NCBI RefSeq assembly: GCF_013315695.1
Contig: NZ_CP054353.1
Strand: one strand, 5' to 3'
Source: Escherichia coli
GTDB taxonomy: Bacteria > Pseudomonadota > Gammaproteobacteria > Enterobacterales > Enterobacteriaceae
DNA: 64,000 bases
The translations under genes were made by a program, and so were the position numbers. Below, piece by piece: positions 1 to 8,903 of the stretch (positions are counted from its first letter, which is position 1; each line of letters starts with the position of its first letter). The notes below the pieces were generated by a model. That model was not told where the DNA came from. It made no database searches and saw only the letters and a program-made list of their open reading frames with translations.

Positions 1-215
1 TGTGACGCTGGCAGGCTCTGCCACGGAATATCCGGTGAAGTACCACCGCTGCGCTTTACGGTGAGTTTTTCGAAGCTCTCCAGCGTCGAGAAGGAGAGAC
101 TGCATTCGGGATTGTTGCACTGGTAGAGCTTCTGCCGGACAGTGCGTGAGTCGTTCGCGGCGCGGCTTGTGCGGGTGCGCGTGCTCGCACCACAAAAAGG
201 ACACGGAAAAGACAT
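1..215 (-). CDS. ogr: Ogr/Delta-family zinc-finger late transcription activator (C-terminal end runs off the window start)
   Basis: Manual minus-strand translation from ATG 215: MSFPCPFCGASTRTRTSRAANDSRTVRQKLYQCNNPECSLSFSTLESFEKLTVKRSGG... The CxxC...CxxxxC layout matches P2 Ogr. GGAGG lies 8 nt upstream. Absent from the ORF track because it is truncated by the window edge. Confidence 0.7.
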   Translation of the reverse strand, partial: MSFPCPFCGASTRTRTSRAANDSRTVRQKLYQCNNPECSLSFSTLESFEKLTVKRSGGTSPDIPWQSLPAS

Positions 216-267
216 GACGGAGACCTCCTTTTTTTCATGAAGGTGAATCTCCGTGATTTTATTCCTG

Positions 268-1383
268 TTATTCCTGTTGCGCTATCCATTCAGGAATTTT
301 TAATTCCAGCTCAAGCCGCGTGGTGAAGCCGCTGTCGTCGATGTTGTGCTCCACCTTCGCCAGTACCCAGTCCTCCGCGTCGATGTCACTCTTGAAACCG
401 GATACCGTGCCGCGCATTTCGGGGTACAGGTCGGGGCGACCGCGTGCCAGCGTGATGGAGAACTCAGCCGCGCCGCGCTGTAGCTGCTGCCATTTTGCCG
501 CCGCTGCACGGCGTGCGGCCTCCTCGTTTTTGAAGGTTTTACGCATGACGTACACATTGCCGTCTGCGCCCTCCATGTAATCCCCCTCGCGGCTGCTGCT
601 TTTCTCCTTTTTTGTTTTTTGGGCAGAACCACGTTTTGTCACGCTGACTTTTTTCTTTTTGCCAAAGTCCAGATCCAGCCAGTAAGCGCGCACCCCCGTG
701 TACGCCTGCCGGTCTGCAATGCGGAAGTGATGGCTGTCACCGCTGCTGCGGGTGATGGCGAATGAGGGCAGCGGCTTTCCGCTGGCGCTCACCCCCTGTC
801 CGGGCACGATGAAAAGCAGGGCACCGTTTTTGACGGTGGCGATGGCGCCCAGCATGTCCGCCATGCGCGTGAGAAACGAGATGTCACTTTCCTCCGTCTG
901 GTCGGCGTGGTCGATTTCCACCTCTGCCAGCGAGGCGCTGATTTGTGCCTTCAGTCCGTAGCGGTACGCGATGGCAGAAACAACCTGTCCCACCGTCACG
1001 TCATGCCAGGACACTTCACGCTTCACGTTGAACTCCTGCCGGAAGTCTGCGCTGCTGGCCGTGATGGTGAGCCTATCCGGTGGTCCCTCATGTGTCACCT
1101 CGTCAACGATGAAGGTTCCCTTGTCTGTCAGCGCCTCACCTTTCCAGCCCAGCGCCAGACCCAGCGTCTGTCCGCGCTTCGGGAGTTGCACTCCGCCGTC
1201 GCAGTCGTCAATCGTGAGGGTTAACTGGTCCGCCTCAAATCCCCGGTTGTCGGTCATCGCCAGCGAGATGACCCGTCGGGTCAGCGCCGCGTTTTCCGTG
1301 CCCTTAACCGTGATGGAAAAATCAGGGATCTTCACGCACTCTGACAGACCGTTCAGGTATCCGCTTACGTCCGCAGGGTTCAT
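268..1383 (-). CDS. gpD: P2 gpD-like tail protein (late control gene D family)
   Basis: ORF track 268..1566. Start moved to the internal ATG (MNPADVSGYLNGLSECVK...) with GGAG upstream. At 371 aa, size and sequence resemble P2 gpD. Followed by ogr as in P2. Confidence 0.8.
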   Translation of the reverse strand: MNPADVSGYLNGLSECVKIPDFSITVKGTENAALTRRVISLAMTDNRGFEADQLTLTIDDCDGGVQLPKRGQTLGLALGWKGEALTDKGTFIVDEVTHEGPPDRLTITASSADFRQEFNVKREVSWHDVTVGQVVSAIAYRYGLKAQISASLAEVEIDHADQTEESDISFLTRMADMLGAIATVKNGALLFIVPGQGVSASGKPLPSFAITRSSGDSHHFRIADRQAYTGVRAYWLDLDFGKKKKVSVTKRGSAQKTKKEKSSSREGDYMEGADGNVYVMRKTFKNEEAARRAAAAKWQQLQRGAAEFSITLARGRPDLYPEMRGTVSGFKSDIDAEDWVLAKVEHNIDDSGFTTRLELELKIPEWIAQQE

Positions 1384-1455
1384 CGCAATTTCTCCGTCTG
1401 TGTCTTCGTCCGGCGAAATACTCCCACGCGCACGGAGGCGCTGTAATCCTGCGTA

Positions 1456-1481
1456 TGTTGTCGGAGAACGGTGAGAACAGG
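1456..1481. promoter_or_regulatory. Candidate late-promoter activator site (dyad) shared by divergent gpD and sheath genes
   Basis: TGTTGTCGGAGAACGGTGAGAACAGG, an imperfect dyad TGTTGTC-N10-GAGAACA. A 23/26 identical copy lies at 20014..20039. It is centred about 78 bp from the sheath ATG and about 85 bp from the D ATG. Confidence 0.5.
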
Positions 1482-1545
1482 CAGCGCGTGAATGCGGGGC
1501 TGTTTTTCGGGAGGATGTCGCCACACAAAACACCAGGAGGTGCTC

Positions 1546-2727
1546 ATGAGTGAAACACGCTTTCACGGTGCACGCGTCAAAGAAAACACCGACCTTGTGA
1601 CCGCGATTAATGACATTGATTCCAGTGTCATCGGTATCGTGGCCACGGCGGACGATGCAGACAGCGACGCGTTCCCGTTAAACAAACCCGTATTGATCAC
1701 CCGCGTGGCGAATGTGCTGGGTAAGGCAGGCACAACAGGCACGCTGTACAAAACGCTCAAGGCGATTTCCGACCAGACCAGCCCGAAGGTTATCGTGGTG
1801 CGTGTGGCTGAAGCCGGAGAGGAAGGTGAGACACAGGATCAGCTTGTCATCGGTGGCTCGCAGGCTGACGGCAGCTACACGGGCATGTATGCCCTGCTGG
1901 TTGCTGAACAGGACGAGAGCATTGGTTACCGCCCGCGCATTCTGGCGGCTCCCGGCCTGGATACCGAAGCAGTCACATCCGCCCTGTGCGTCATTGCGGA
2001 CAAGCTCCGCGCCTTTGTGTACGCCGGATGTAACGGGTGCGACACGATGGCGGAGGCAATCACTTACCGTGCGAAGTTCTCCGCGCGTGAGCTGATGCTG
2101 CTGTGGCCTGACTTCATTGCCTACAACCCGGTGAGCGGAAATAACGAAACATTTCCGGCAGCGGCGTATGCGTGCGGGTTGCGTGCGCGGATTGACAGTG
2201 AACAGGGCTGGCACAAGTCACTGTCCAACGTGGCGCTGAAAAATGTTCTCGGTATGTCGCAGCAGGTGTTCTGGTCGTTGCAGGCCGAAGACAGTGATGC
2301 GAACAACCTGAACAACAAGGAAATCACCACGATTATTCGCCGTAACGGCTTCCGCTTCTGGGGGAACCGTACTGCCGAAACCAGCGACTACATCTTTGAG
2401 GTGTACACGCGCACAGCGCAGATTCTGGCAGATACCATCGCTGAGGCGCAGTTCGAAACCATTGACGAACCGCTGACCCCGGCGAACGTGAAGGACGTGA
2501 TTAGCGCCATCCGCGCAAAACTCAACGCCCTGGTCACCGCCGGGAAACTCATCGGTGCGGAGTGCTGGTATGACGTGCTGGACAACGGCACGACGGATTT
2601 GCGTCAGGGGCGCGTGCGCATCCGCTACAAGTACACGCCAGTGCCGCCGATGGAAGATCTGACGCTGTATCAGACCTTCACGGATGAGTATTTCGACTCC
2701 GCTTTTGCAACGCTGGGAGGTGCGTAA
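1546..2727 (+). CDS. gpFI: Contractile tail sheath protein (P2 FI-like)
   Basis: ORF track 1492..2727. Start set to ATG 1546 (MSETRFHGARV), preceded by AGGAGG. Collinear by eye with P2 FI (FPLNKPVLIT, GWHKSLSNV, RRNGFRFWGNRT, YTRTAQ, YKYTPVPP). Confidence 0.92.
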   Translation: MSETRFHGARVKENTDLVTAINDIDSSVIGIVATADDADSDAFPLNKPVLITRVANVLGKAGTTGTLYKTLKAISDQTSPKVIVVRVAEAGEEGETQDQLVIGGSQADGSYTGMYALLVAEQDESIGYRPRILAAPGLDTEAVTSALCVIADKLRAFVYAGCNGCDTMAEAITYRAKFSARELMLLWPDFIAYNPVSGNNETFPAAAYACGLRARIDSEQGWHKSLSNVALKNVLGMSQQVFWSLQAEDSDANNLNNKEITTIIRRNGFRFWGNRTAETSDYIFEVYTRTAQILADTIAEAQFETIDEPLTPANVKDVISAIRAKLNALVTAGKLIGAECWYDVLDNGTTDLRQGRVRIRYKYTPVPPMEDLTLYQTFTDEYFDSAFATLGGA

Positions 2728-3243
2728 ATGGCTGTACCACGTTACGTTCGCCAGTTCACGCTGTTTGTGAACGGCAAAAACAAAATCGGCACGGTGACAG
2801 GCGTCACTCTGCCCAAGCTGACCCGAAAAACCGAAGCCTATCGCGGTGGCGGGATGCTGGGTGCGGTGCATATTGACCTCGGACTGGATGACGGCGCACT
2901 GGATGCCTCGTTCACCACCGGTGGGGTTGAAAAAGAGCTGCTCCAGGAATACGCCACTGACATTAACGAAGTGGCGCTGCGCTTTGTGGGTGAGCTGTTC
3001 ACCGATGGTGAGGAAAGTCAGCTCCTTGAGGTGGAGATGCGCGGACGCATCACGGAAATCGACCGTGGCGAAACCAAACAGGGCGACACCACACAGTACA
3101 CCTTCGCCGTCAAAAACACCTACTACAAGGAGTCGGTGGATGACAGTGATGTGACAGAAATCGACCTGCTGAACTTCATCTACAAAAAAGACGGCCAGAA
3201 CGTCTTTGGTGACCGCGTGAGTTCGGCGCTCGGTCTGAACTGA
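2728..3243 (+). CDS. gpFII: Tail tube protein (P2 FII-like)
   Basis: ORF track. Abuts the sheath stop codon (TAAATG). 171 aa, in the position and size of FII. Confidence 0.85.
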   Translation: MAVPRYVRQFTLFVNGKNKIGTVTGVTLPKLTRKTEAYRGGGMLGAVHIDLGLDDGALDASFTTGGVEKELLQEYATDINEVALRFVGELFTDGEESQLLEVEMRGRITEIDRGETKQGDTTQYTFAVKNTYYKESVDDSDVTEIDLLNFIYKKDGQNVFGDRVSSALGLN

Positions 3244-3289
3244 CAGCATTAACAGGGCGGCACATTGTGCCGCCACAGGAGAAAGAAAA

Positions 3290-3673
3290 ATGGCAGCAAA
3301 GAAAGATGACATCATGAACAGCGAAATCGTCGCAGGTGACACCACCACTGAAAACATCGATGTGGCAGAGGAAAAAACGGGGGTGAAGTTATCCTGCCCG
3401 GTGGTGCGTGGCGAACGCGTTATTGACTACGTGGAGATTGGCGAGGAAATCCGTCAGGCAGGCTCGTTGCGCGGGCTGTCTCTGATTGAGGTGCTGAACC
3501 TCAAAACGGACCCGATGATGACGCTGCTTTCGCGCGTGACCGCACCACGCCTGAAGCTGGCAGAAATCCAGACACTGGACACCGGTGATTTCGTGGCGCT
3601 GGCGACTATGGCTGCGAATTTTTTTGCTCCCACGGAGTCTGCGAAACCGTCCGTGGCGGTGATGGAAGCGTAA
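3290..3673 (+). CDS. gpE: Tail assembly chaperone (P2 gpE-like)
   Basis: ORF track. A 127-aa acidic protein between tube and tape measure, carrying a T7 slippery run near its 3' end. Confidence 0.8.
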   Translation: MAAKKDDIMNSEIVAGDTTTENIDVAEEKTGVKLSCPVVRGERVIDYVEIGEEIRQAGSLRGLSLIEVLNLKTDPMMTLLSRVTAPRLKLAEIQTLDTGDFVALATMAANFFAPTESAKPSVAVMEA

Positions 3674-3837
3674 TCACGCTGGCGAAGTTCGACAACGTTG
3701 AAGAACTGGTCGCTGATATAGCAGTCGTGTTTAACTGGTCGCCCGGCGAGATATTCTCAATGCCTCTCGTCGAGGTGATGAGCTGGCGTGAGCGGGCGGC
3801 GCAACGTAGCGGAGTCCGCAACAGTGAAATCCCTTGA
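3290..3837 (+). CDS. gpE': Tail assembly chaperone frameshift product (gpE+E'-like, programmed -1 frameshift)
   Basis: Codons AAT TTT TTT GCT at 3617..3628. A -1 slip on the T run 3619..3625 opens a frame with no stop until TGA 3835..3837. The extension ends ...NWSPGEIFSMPLVEVMSWRERAAQRSGVRNSEIP and overlaps the tape-measure start. Confidence 0.75.
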
Positions 3838-6800
3838 TATTCGTGTCAGCTTTGGCGCAATTGACCGGCTGACATGCCCGACCGAAAACGCCCGCCGTCA
3901 GGTGGGCGCTCTCACTGAATCCCTTCAGAAGACGCAGAACAACATACAGGCGCTCGACAGACAGTCGAAGGTGTTCGATCGTGCCGCCGGAAATCTCAGT
4001 AAATACCGCGAACAGATTGCCCGCGCGGAGCAGAGGCTCGCCGGGCTGCGAAAGGCAGAGCAGAACGGTAACATCCTCTCCGAAAAGCAGCGCGAAACGC
4101 TGGCGGCACTCTCCGCGCGGCTTGAGCGCCTGAACGAGCTGCGCACGCGCGAGCGCGAAAAACTCCAGGCGGCGGCTGGCGAAATGCGTAAACATGGCAT
4201 TCTGCTTTCCGGCAGCAGCCGCACCATCGAAAGTGCCGTTCGTCGCACGCAGCAGTACAACGAGCAGCTCGAGCGTGAACGGCAGGCTCTGGCTCGCGTG
4301 ACGCAGGCACAGAGCCGCTATGAGGCCGCGAAGGCACAGGCGGAAAAACTGCGCAACACAGGGGCTGTGGCGATGGCGGCGGGTACAGGCGGCCTGTATG
4401 CGGCGCAGCGCATGATGGCTCCGGCGATGGAGTCCGAACAGCACGGTGCGGTCATCGCAGCCGGTTCGGGGGAAGGCGCACAGGATGGCGCACGTTACAC
4501 CCACATCATCCGTAACATACAGGCTGACGGTCTCGCTGATTTTGCCGGTGCTGCGGAGGCCGTGAGTGCGGTACGCAGCACGCTCGGCGCACTGGGCGAC
4601 ACCGGTGACAGGGAGCTTGAGCGCATCAGCCGTCGTGCGCTGGATATGCGGACCGTCTTTGGTGTTGATGTGCCGCAGAGCATTCAGGCCGCTGCCATCA
4701 TGATGAAGAACGGGCTGGCCGCCAGCAGTGACGAGGCTACTAACCTGATGACGGCAGGGATGCAGCGCATGTCCGCTGAAATGCGCGATGAACTGCCGGA
4801 AATTCTGCATGAGTATTCCACCCACTTCCGCAACATGGGCTTCACCGGCAGCGAGACAATGAGTCTGCTGGTTGAGATGGCAAAGCAGGGCAAGTTTGCG
4901 CTGGACAAAACCGGCGATGCCGTGAAGGAGTTCAGTATCCGTGGTTCGGATATGTCGAAATCCAGTGTTTCAGCGTATGAGACACTTGGCCTGAATGCCG
5001 AACGGGTGTCTGCTGCCATTGCTCAGGGGGGCAGTACCGCACGCCAGGCGATGCAGGTGACCGCCCGTGCACTGCTGGCCATCCGTGACCCGGCAGAGCG
5101 GGCGAACACGGCCATTGCGTTATTCGGCACCCCCGTTGAAGACCTTTCCGTTGACCAGATCCCGCAGTTCCTGAGGGCGCTGGCTGATGTTCGTGACAAT
5201 CTGGGCGATGTCACCGGTGTGGCAGACCGCATGGGGCAGACGCTGCGCGGTAATCTCTCCGGCGATATTCAGGCGCTGAGTGGTGCGTTCTCAGGGCTAC
5301 GCACGGACATCTTCGGTACTGTGACCGAGGATTTGCGCGGGCTGGTTCAGACGGTGAGCGCGTGGGTGACCCGGATGCGCGAATGGGTCGGAGAGCATCA
5401 GGCGCTGGTCAGGGTGCTGGTACTGGCGGGCGGGAGTGTTCTGGCGCTGTCTTCTACGTTCGGTGCGCTGTCACTGACGCTCGGGCTGATTGCGGGGCCG
5501 CTGGCAAAACTGCAACTGGGACTGGGGCTGCTGACGGGGGGCGGCGGCATTGGTGGTGCTGTCCGGCTTGTGTCTGCGATGGCGCTGCGCCTGACGGGGC
5601 TGCCTGCGCTGTGGGGGCTGGTCACGGGGGCGGTGTCGGTACTGGGTGGTGCAGTGGGGGCGCTGTTCAGCCCGGTCGGGCTGATTGTTGCCGCCCTGGT
5701 GGGCGGCGCGGTTCTGGTGTGGAAATACTGGGATCAGATCAGTGCGTTTTTTTCCGGCTTTTTTGCCGGAGTGTGGGAGGCGCTGCAACCGCTGCGGGAA
5801 GCCTTTGCGTCGCTGGCTCCGGTGTTCGGGCTGATTGGCGATGGCATCAAAGCCGTGTGGGAATGGTTCACCCGCCTGCTTGAACCTGCAAACGCCTCAA
5901 AAGAGACACTCGACAAATGCACCAGCGCCGGGGAGTCGTTCGGGAAAACGCTGGGGTGGGTCATTCAGAACATTGTGCTGGGGCCGCTGACACTGCTTCT
6001 TGATGGCCTCGGCACAGTGCTGAAGTGGCTGGGTGTTATCCCGGATGGCATCAGGGAAGCGCAGAAGGAGACGCAAAAACTCCAGGAGAGCGCCGCAAAA
6101 CAGGCCACACAAAAAGCGCCGGTTGCGTGGGAGTGGGATCCTGCACAGAAAAAAATGGTGCAGAAAACATGGTCGTGGTCATCAGATGCAGCGGAAAACA
6201 ACGGTGACAATAAACCCGCAATACCTGCCCCTGCGGTTCCCGGAGAGGTGAAGGGAACGTCAGACAATCCGGTCGGCAAACCCGGTAGTAAATCCCCGCT
6301 GGATGAGGCATGGTTCCGGCAGGGGATACAGAAAACCGCCAGCAACACCGGCGGGCTGCTTGAGGAAACCAAAAAACGTACTGGTCCCGGCGATATTGTT
6401 TTCAAAAACCTGCCCGGACCCGAAATCATTCACGGCGAGTGGAAAGCACCGCAGGTTATCCGGACAGTGCAGGCGGTATCGGCGGGCGGAGGACTGGCGG
6501 ATGCGCTGACAACGCTCTGGCAGAAACTCACCGGAAGACAGACTGCTTCACCCGTTCCGGTCGTGAATATTCCTGCGCCAGTGGAGAGAGTGGCACGTCA
6601 GGTATCCACGCTGCCACAGCCGCAGCACAACGAGGCAAATACAGAACTGGTTGCCGGTATTCAGCGCGTGCATGAGGCTGTGAACAGTCCGGGGGGAGAG
6701 ACGGTATCGCCTCCACCTGTGGTGAACGTTCTGATGCCAGCAGTGAATGTTCCTGCGCCAGTGGTGAGTGTGGCGCGTCAGGTATCCACGCTGCCGCAGC

Positions 6801-7288
6801 ACAACGAGGCAAATACAGAACTGGTTGCCGGTATTCAGCGTGTGCATGAGGCGGTGAACAGTCCGGGTGGAGAGACGGTATCGCCTCCACCTGTGGTGAA
6901 CGTTCTGATGCCAGCAGTGAATGTTCCTGCGCCAGTGGTGAGCGTGGCCCGTCAGGTATCCACGCTGCCGCAGCACAACGAGGCAAATACAGAGCTGGCT
7001 GCCGGTATTCAGCGCGTGCGTGAGGCTGTGAACAGTCCGGGTGGAGATGTGGCTTTATCTGTTCCTGTTGCGGAGGTTATCCGTCCACCGCTGCGACCGG
7101 AGTCCGTCAAAAAAGAAACCGCGCCACAAACGCAGGCTGCGGTATTTTCCGGTGAGATACACGTGCATCTGCACAACGTCAACACGCAGAATCCGCGTGA
7201 ACTGGCAAAACTGGTTGGCGAGGCTGTCCGCGAAGAGATGCGCAGACAGGTGCGTACAGGCATGAACAGCTTCCGTGACAGGGACTAA
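3824..7288 (+). CDS. gpT: Tail tape measure protein (P2 gpT-like)
   Basis: ORF track 3788..7288. The start is ambiguous: GTG 3788, or GTG 3824 (VKSLDIRVSFGAIDRL) with GGAG 9 nt upstream. Long helical N-terminal half, a Gly/Ala/Leu-rich hydrophobic core, and a position between E' and U. Confidence 0.9.
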   Translation: MKSLDIRVSFGAIDRLTCPTENARRQVGALTESLQKTQNNIQALDRQSKVFDRAAGNLSKYREQIARAEQRLAGLRKAEQNGNILSEKQRETLAALSARLERLNELRTREREKLQAAAGEMRKHGILLSGSSRTIESAVRRTQQYNEQLERERQALARVTQAQSRYEAAKAQAEKLRNTGAVAMAAGTGGLYAAQRMMAPAMESEQHGAVIAAGSGEGAQDGARYTHIIRNIQADGLADFAGAAEAVSAVRSTLGALGDTGDRELERISRRALDMRTVFGVDVPQSIQAAAIMMKNGLAASSDEATNLMTAGMQRMSAEMRDELPEILHEYSTHFRNMGFTGSETMSLLVEMAKQGKFALDKTGDAVKEFSIRGSDMSKSSVSAYETLGLNAERVSAAIAQGGSTARQAMQVTARALLAIRDPAERANTAIALFGTPVEDLSVDQIPQFLRALADVRDNLGDVTGVADRMGQTLRGNLSGDIQALSGAFSGLRTDIFGTVTEDLRGLVQTVSAWVTRMREWVGEHQALVRVLVLAGGSVLALSSTFGALSLTLGLIAGPLAKLQLGLGLLTGGGGIGGAVRLVSAMALRLTGLPALWGLVTGAVSVLGGAVGALFSPVGLIVAALVGGAVLVWKYWDQISAFFSGFFAGVWEALQPLREAFASLAPVFGLIGDGIKAVWEWFTRLLEPANASKETLDKCTSAGESFGKTLGWVIQNIVLGPLTLLLDGLGTVLKWLGVIPDGIREAQKETQKLQESAAKQATQKAPVAWEWDPAQKKMVQKTWSWSSDAAENNGDNKPAIPAPAVPGEVKGTSDNPVGKPGSKSPLDEAWFRQGIQKTASNTGGLLEETKKRTGPGDIVFKNLPGPEIIHGEWKAPQVIRTVQAVSAGGGLADALTTLWQKLTGRQTASPVPVVNIPAPVERVARQVSTLPQPQHNEANTELVAGIQRVHEAVNSPGGETVSPPPVVNVLMPAVNVPAPVVSVARQVSTLPQHNEANTELVAGIQRVHEAVNSPGGETVSPPPVVNVLMPAVNVPAPVVSVARQVSTLPQHNEANTELAAGIQRVREAVNSPGGDVALSVPVAEVIRPPLRPESVKKETAPQTQAAVFSGEIHVHLHNVNTQNPRELAKLVGEAVREEMRRQVRTGMNSFRDRD
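6551..7045 (+). repeat. In-frame tandem repeat inside the tape measure gene (174-bp unit, about 2.8 copies)
   Basis: Units lie at 6698..6871 and 6872..7045 (58 aa each: ETVSPPPVVNVLMPAVNVPAPVVSVARQVSTLPQHNEANTELVAGIQRVHEAVNSPGG, nearly identical). A partial variant copy sits at 6551..6697 with an extra PQ. Confidence 0.9.
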
Positions 7289-7301
7289 AGGAGACGCAAT
7301 T

Positions 7302-7760
7302 ATGATGATGATTTTTGGCATGTTTGTGTTTGAACTGAAAACGCTGCCGCATCAACAGATTCAACAAAACAAAACGTGGCGGCATGTGAAAAATGAGCGA
7401 ATCAACCGTTCTGCGGCCTGGCAGTATATTGGCGCAGGTGACGACCAGATCACGCTGTCCGGTCTGCTGTACCCGGAAATTACCGGCGGTGAGGTGTCGC
7501 TGACACTGCTGAACACCCAGGCCTACACCGGATGTCCCTGGCCGCTGATTGATGGTACGGGGCAGATTTACGGAATGTACGTGATTACGGGATTACAGAC
7601 CACCCGCTCCGAACTGGATCGCTACGGGAAGGCAAAAAAGATTGAGTTCTCCATCAGCTTTCAGCGGTGTGATGAGGATATGCGGGAGAGGCTTCAGTCT
7701 GCTTCTGCAGGTGATTTACTGAACACGCTTAAAGACAAAATGGCGATAGCGGCATTCTGA
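7302..7760 (+). CDS. gpU: Tail protein (P2 gpU-like)
   Basis: ORF track 7275..7760. Start set to ATG 7302 (MMMIFGMFVFELKTLPHQ) after AAGGAG, 14 nt after the tape-measure stop. Confidence 0.85.
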   Translation: MMMIFGMFVFELKTLPHQQIQQNKTWRHVKNERINRSAAWQYIGAGDDQITLSGLLYPEITGGEVSLTLLNTQAYTGCPWPLIDGTGQIYGMYVITGLQTTRSELDRYGKAKKIEFSISFQRCDEDMRERLQSASAGDLLNTLKDKMAIAAF

Positions 7761-7771
7761 ATAAAAAAAGA

Positions 7772-7792
7772 GGGAGTGTAAAAAGCACTCCC
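7772..7792 (+). terminator. Stem-loop after gpU (weak intrinsic terminator)
   Basis: GGGAGTG-TAAAAAG-CACTCCC followed by TTATT, 12 nt after the gpU stop. Confidence 0.45.
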
Positions 7793-7884
7793 TTATTGCC
7801 TTCATGGAAAAGAAGCAAATGTTGTCAATACATTCTGACTATATATAAATCGCCCGATGAAGGCAATGGTGATGTTCGGGAAAT

Positions 7885-7907
7885 AAAAAAGCCCTCACAA
7901 AGAGGGC
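7885..7907 (-). terminator. Orphan intrinsic terminator (minus strand)
   Basis: Plus strand reads A6-GCCCTC-ACAAA-GAGGGC, so on the minus strand a hairpin is followed by T6. No intact gene lies upstream of it. Confidence 0.5.
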
Positions 7908-8070
7908 GGCATGCATTGTGTGAAGATTTAATTTTTCTGCTTGCAGGGGGATTATATTGAACGGTATTCATTCAATGCAATATTTTTAATTGTCATTATC
8001 ATTAATGAAAATGTTTCTTGTGTTTTTGTTGCTCTGATTACAATCCCGTTTATTACTGTGTCTTTGCGGC

Positions 8071-8096
8071 AAAAAAAAAGCCCGCACGGGGCGGGC
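8071..8096 (-). terminator. Intrinsic terminator downstream of the tfa pseudogene (minus strand)
   Basis: Plus strand reads A9-GCCCGC-ACGG-GGCGGGC. On the minus strand a GC hairpin is followed by T9, about 45 nt after the pseudogene stop. Confidence 0.65.
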
Positions 8097-8140
8097 AAAG
8101 AATGTTTGCATGTGTAGAACAGTGCGGGATTATAAATATA

Positions 8141-8710
8141 TTATGCGTTCTGAAAAGTCCCCTTTGATGGAGATTCAGGCCATACCAGCGCATTATAACA
8201 ATCTTTATTCATCACGGAAGTGAACGTCAACTGCTGAAGTTCCCTAATATATTCAATCCACGTAGCCAACCTTCCCTTGTCTGCATTGCTGATGGTGCCG
8301 GGCAATAACTCAGATTGCCAGATTCTGATCCTCTCTTTTGCCTCCGGCAGCAGGGGATTTCGTTGTCATTCTGCTTTAGCCTGCCACTTTTCAGGTGGCA
8401 GCACATGACGAACAATATTTTCATCATCAAATATCCAGTTACCTGAGTCATCAGCACGTTGGTTAGCGTTAATATCAGAAGTATTAACAACACTAAAACC
8501 GACATGATTAAGTGTTGATGCCTCTCTGGTAATGGTGACAATAATATTATTTCGTTGTAAATCATTTTGATTTTATCTGGTCGAAAGGTCCCTGCTTCGT
8601 TATGTCAGTTTTATCGCCTTCAGAGGAAACCAGATTACTTTGTGCTTCTTTTTCTAACACATACAGTCCCGGAGTTAATATTGCCTGTTTTATGTTCTTG
8701 AGTGCATCAT
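8141..8710 (-). pseudogene. Tail fibre assembly protein (Tfa/TfaE-like) pseudogene with several 1-nt frameshifts
   Basis: Manual three-frame reading on the minus strand gives MMH / LKNIKQAILTPG...DQIKSK / MIYNE / NNIIVTITREASTLNHVGFSVVNTSDINANQRADDSGNWIFDDENIV...WQAKAE / ...LLPEAKERIRIWQSELLPGTISNADKGRLATWIEYIRELQQLTFTS...VWPESP. The pieces are collinear with remembered e14/Mu-type Tfa proteins. The 112-aa ORF 8227..8565 is only one of these frames. Confidence 0.6.
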
Positions 8711-8770
8711 ATTAATCTCTTACATATTGTATCTGGTGAAATTTATAATTTTCTGAAGCTGCCTGAAAGA

Positions 8771-8898
8771 ATTGAGTTTCCTGCAGGCTTTCAATGGTGT
8801 GATGAGGATATGTGGGAGAAACTCCAGTCTGCTCCTGCAGGGGGGGCTTACTGAACACTATCAAAGACAAATCTTCGTCGTTGATCGCATTCCCTTAA
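8771..8898 (+). pseudogene. Degenerate duplicate of the 3' end of gpU
   Basis: attgagtttcctgcaggctttcaatggtgtgatgaggatatgtgggagaaactccagtctgctcctgcagg... aligns at roughly 80% with gpU 7641..7760 on the same strand. The frame is broken. Confidence 0.7.
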
Positions 8899-8903
8899 CC
8901 TGA

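Noticed and set aside
56-289. 77-aa ORF on the minus strand at the window start
   Set aside because: It overlaps the Ogr-like zinc-finger frame in a different frame, has no RBS, and has low-complexity composition. The Ogr-like frame explains the region.
6528-6986. Repeat array considered as CRISPR or as antisense genes (ORFs 6528..6986 and 6548..6976)
   Set aside because: The units are contiguous with no spacers, 174 bp long, and in frame within the tape measure protein. The antisense ORFs merely mirror the repeat.
8227-8565. 112-aa ORF in the AT-rich region after gpU
   Set aside because: It is one frame of the frameshifted tfa pseudogene. Its translation is low-complexity, while the adjacent frames give recognisable Tfa sequence.
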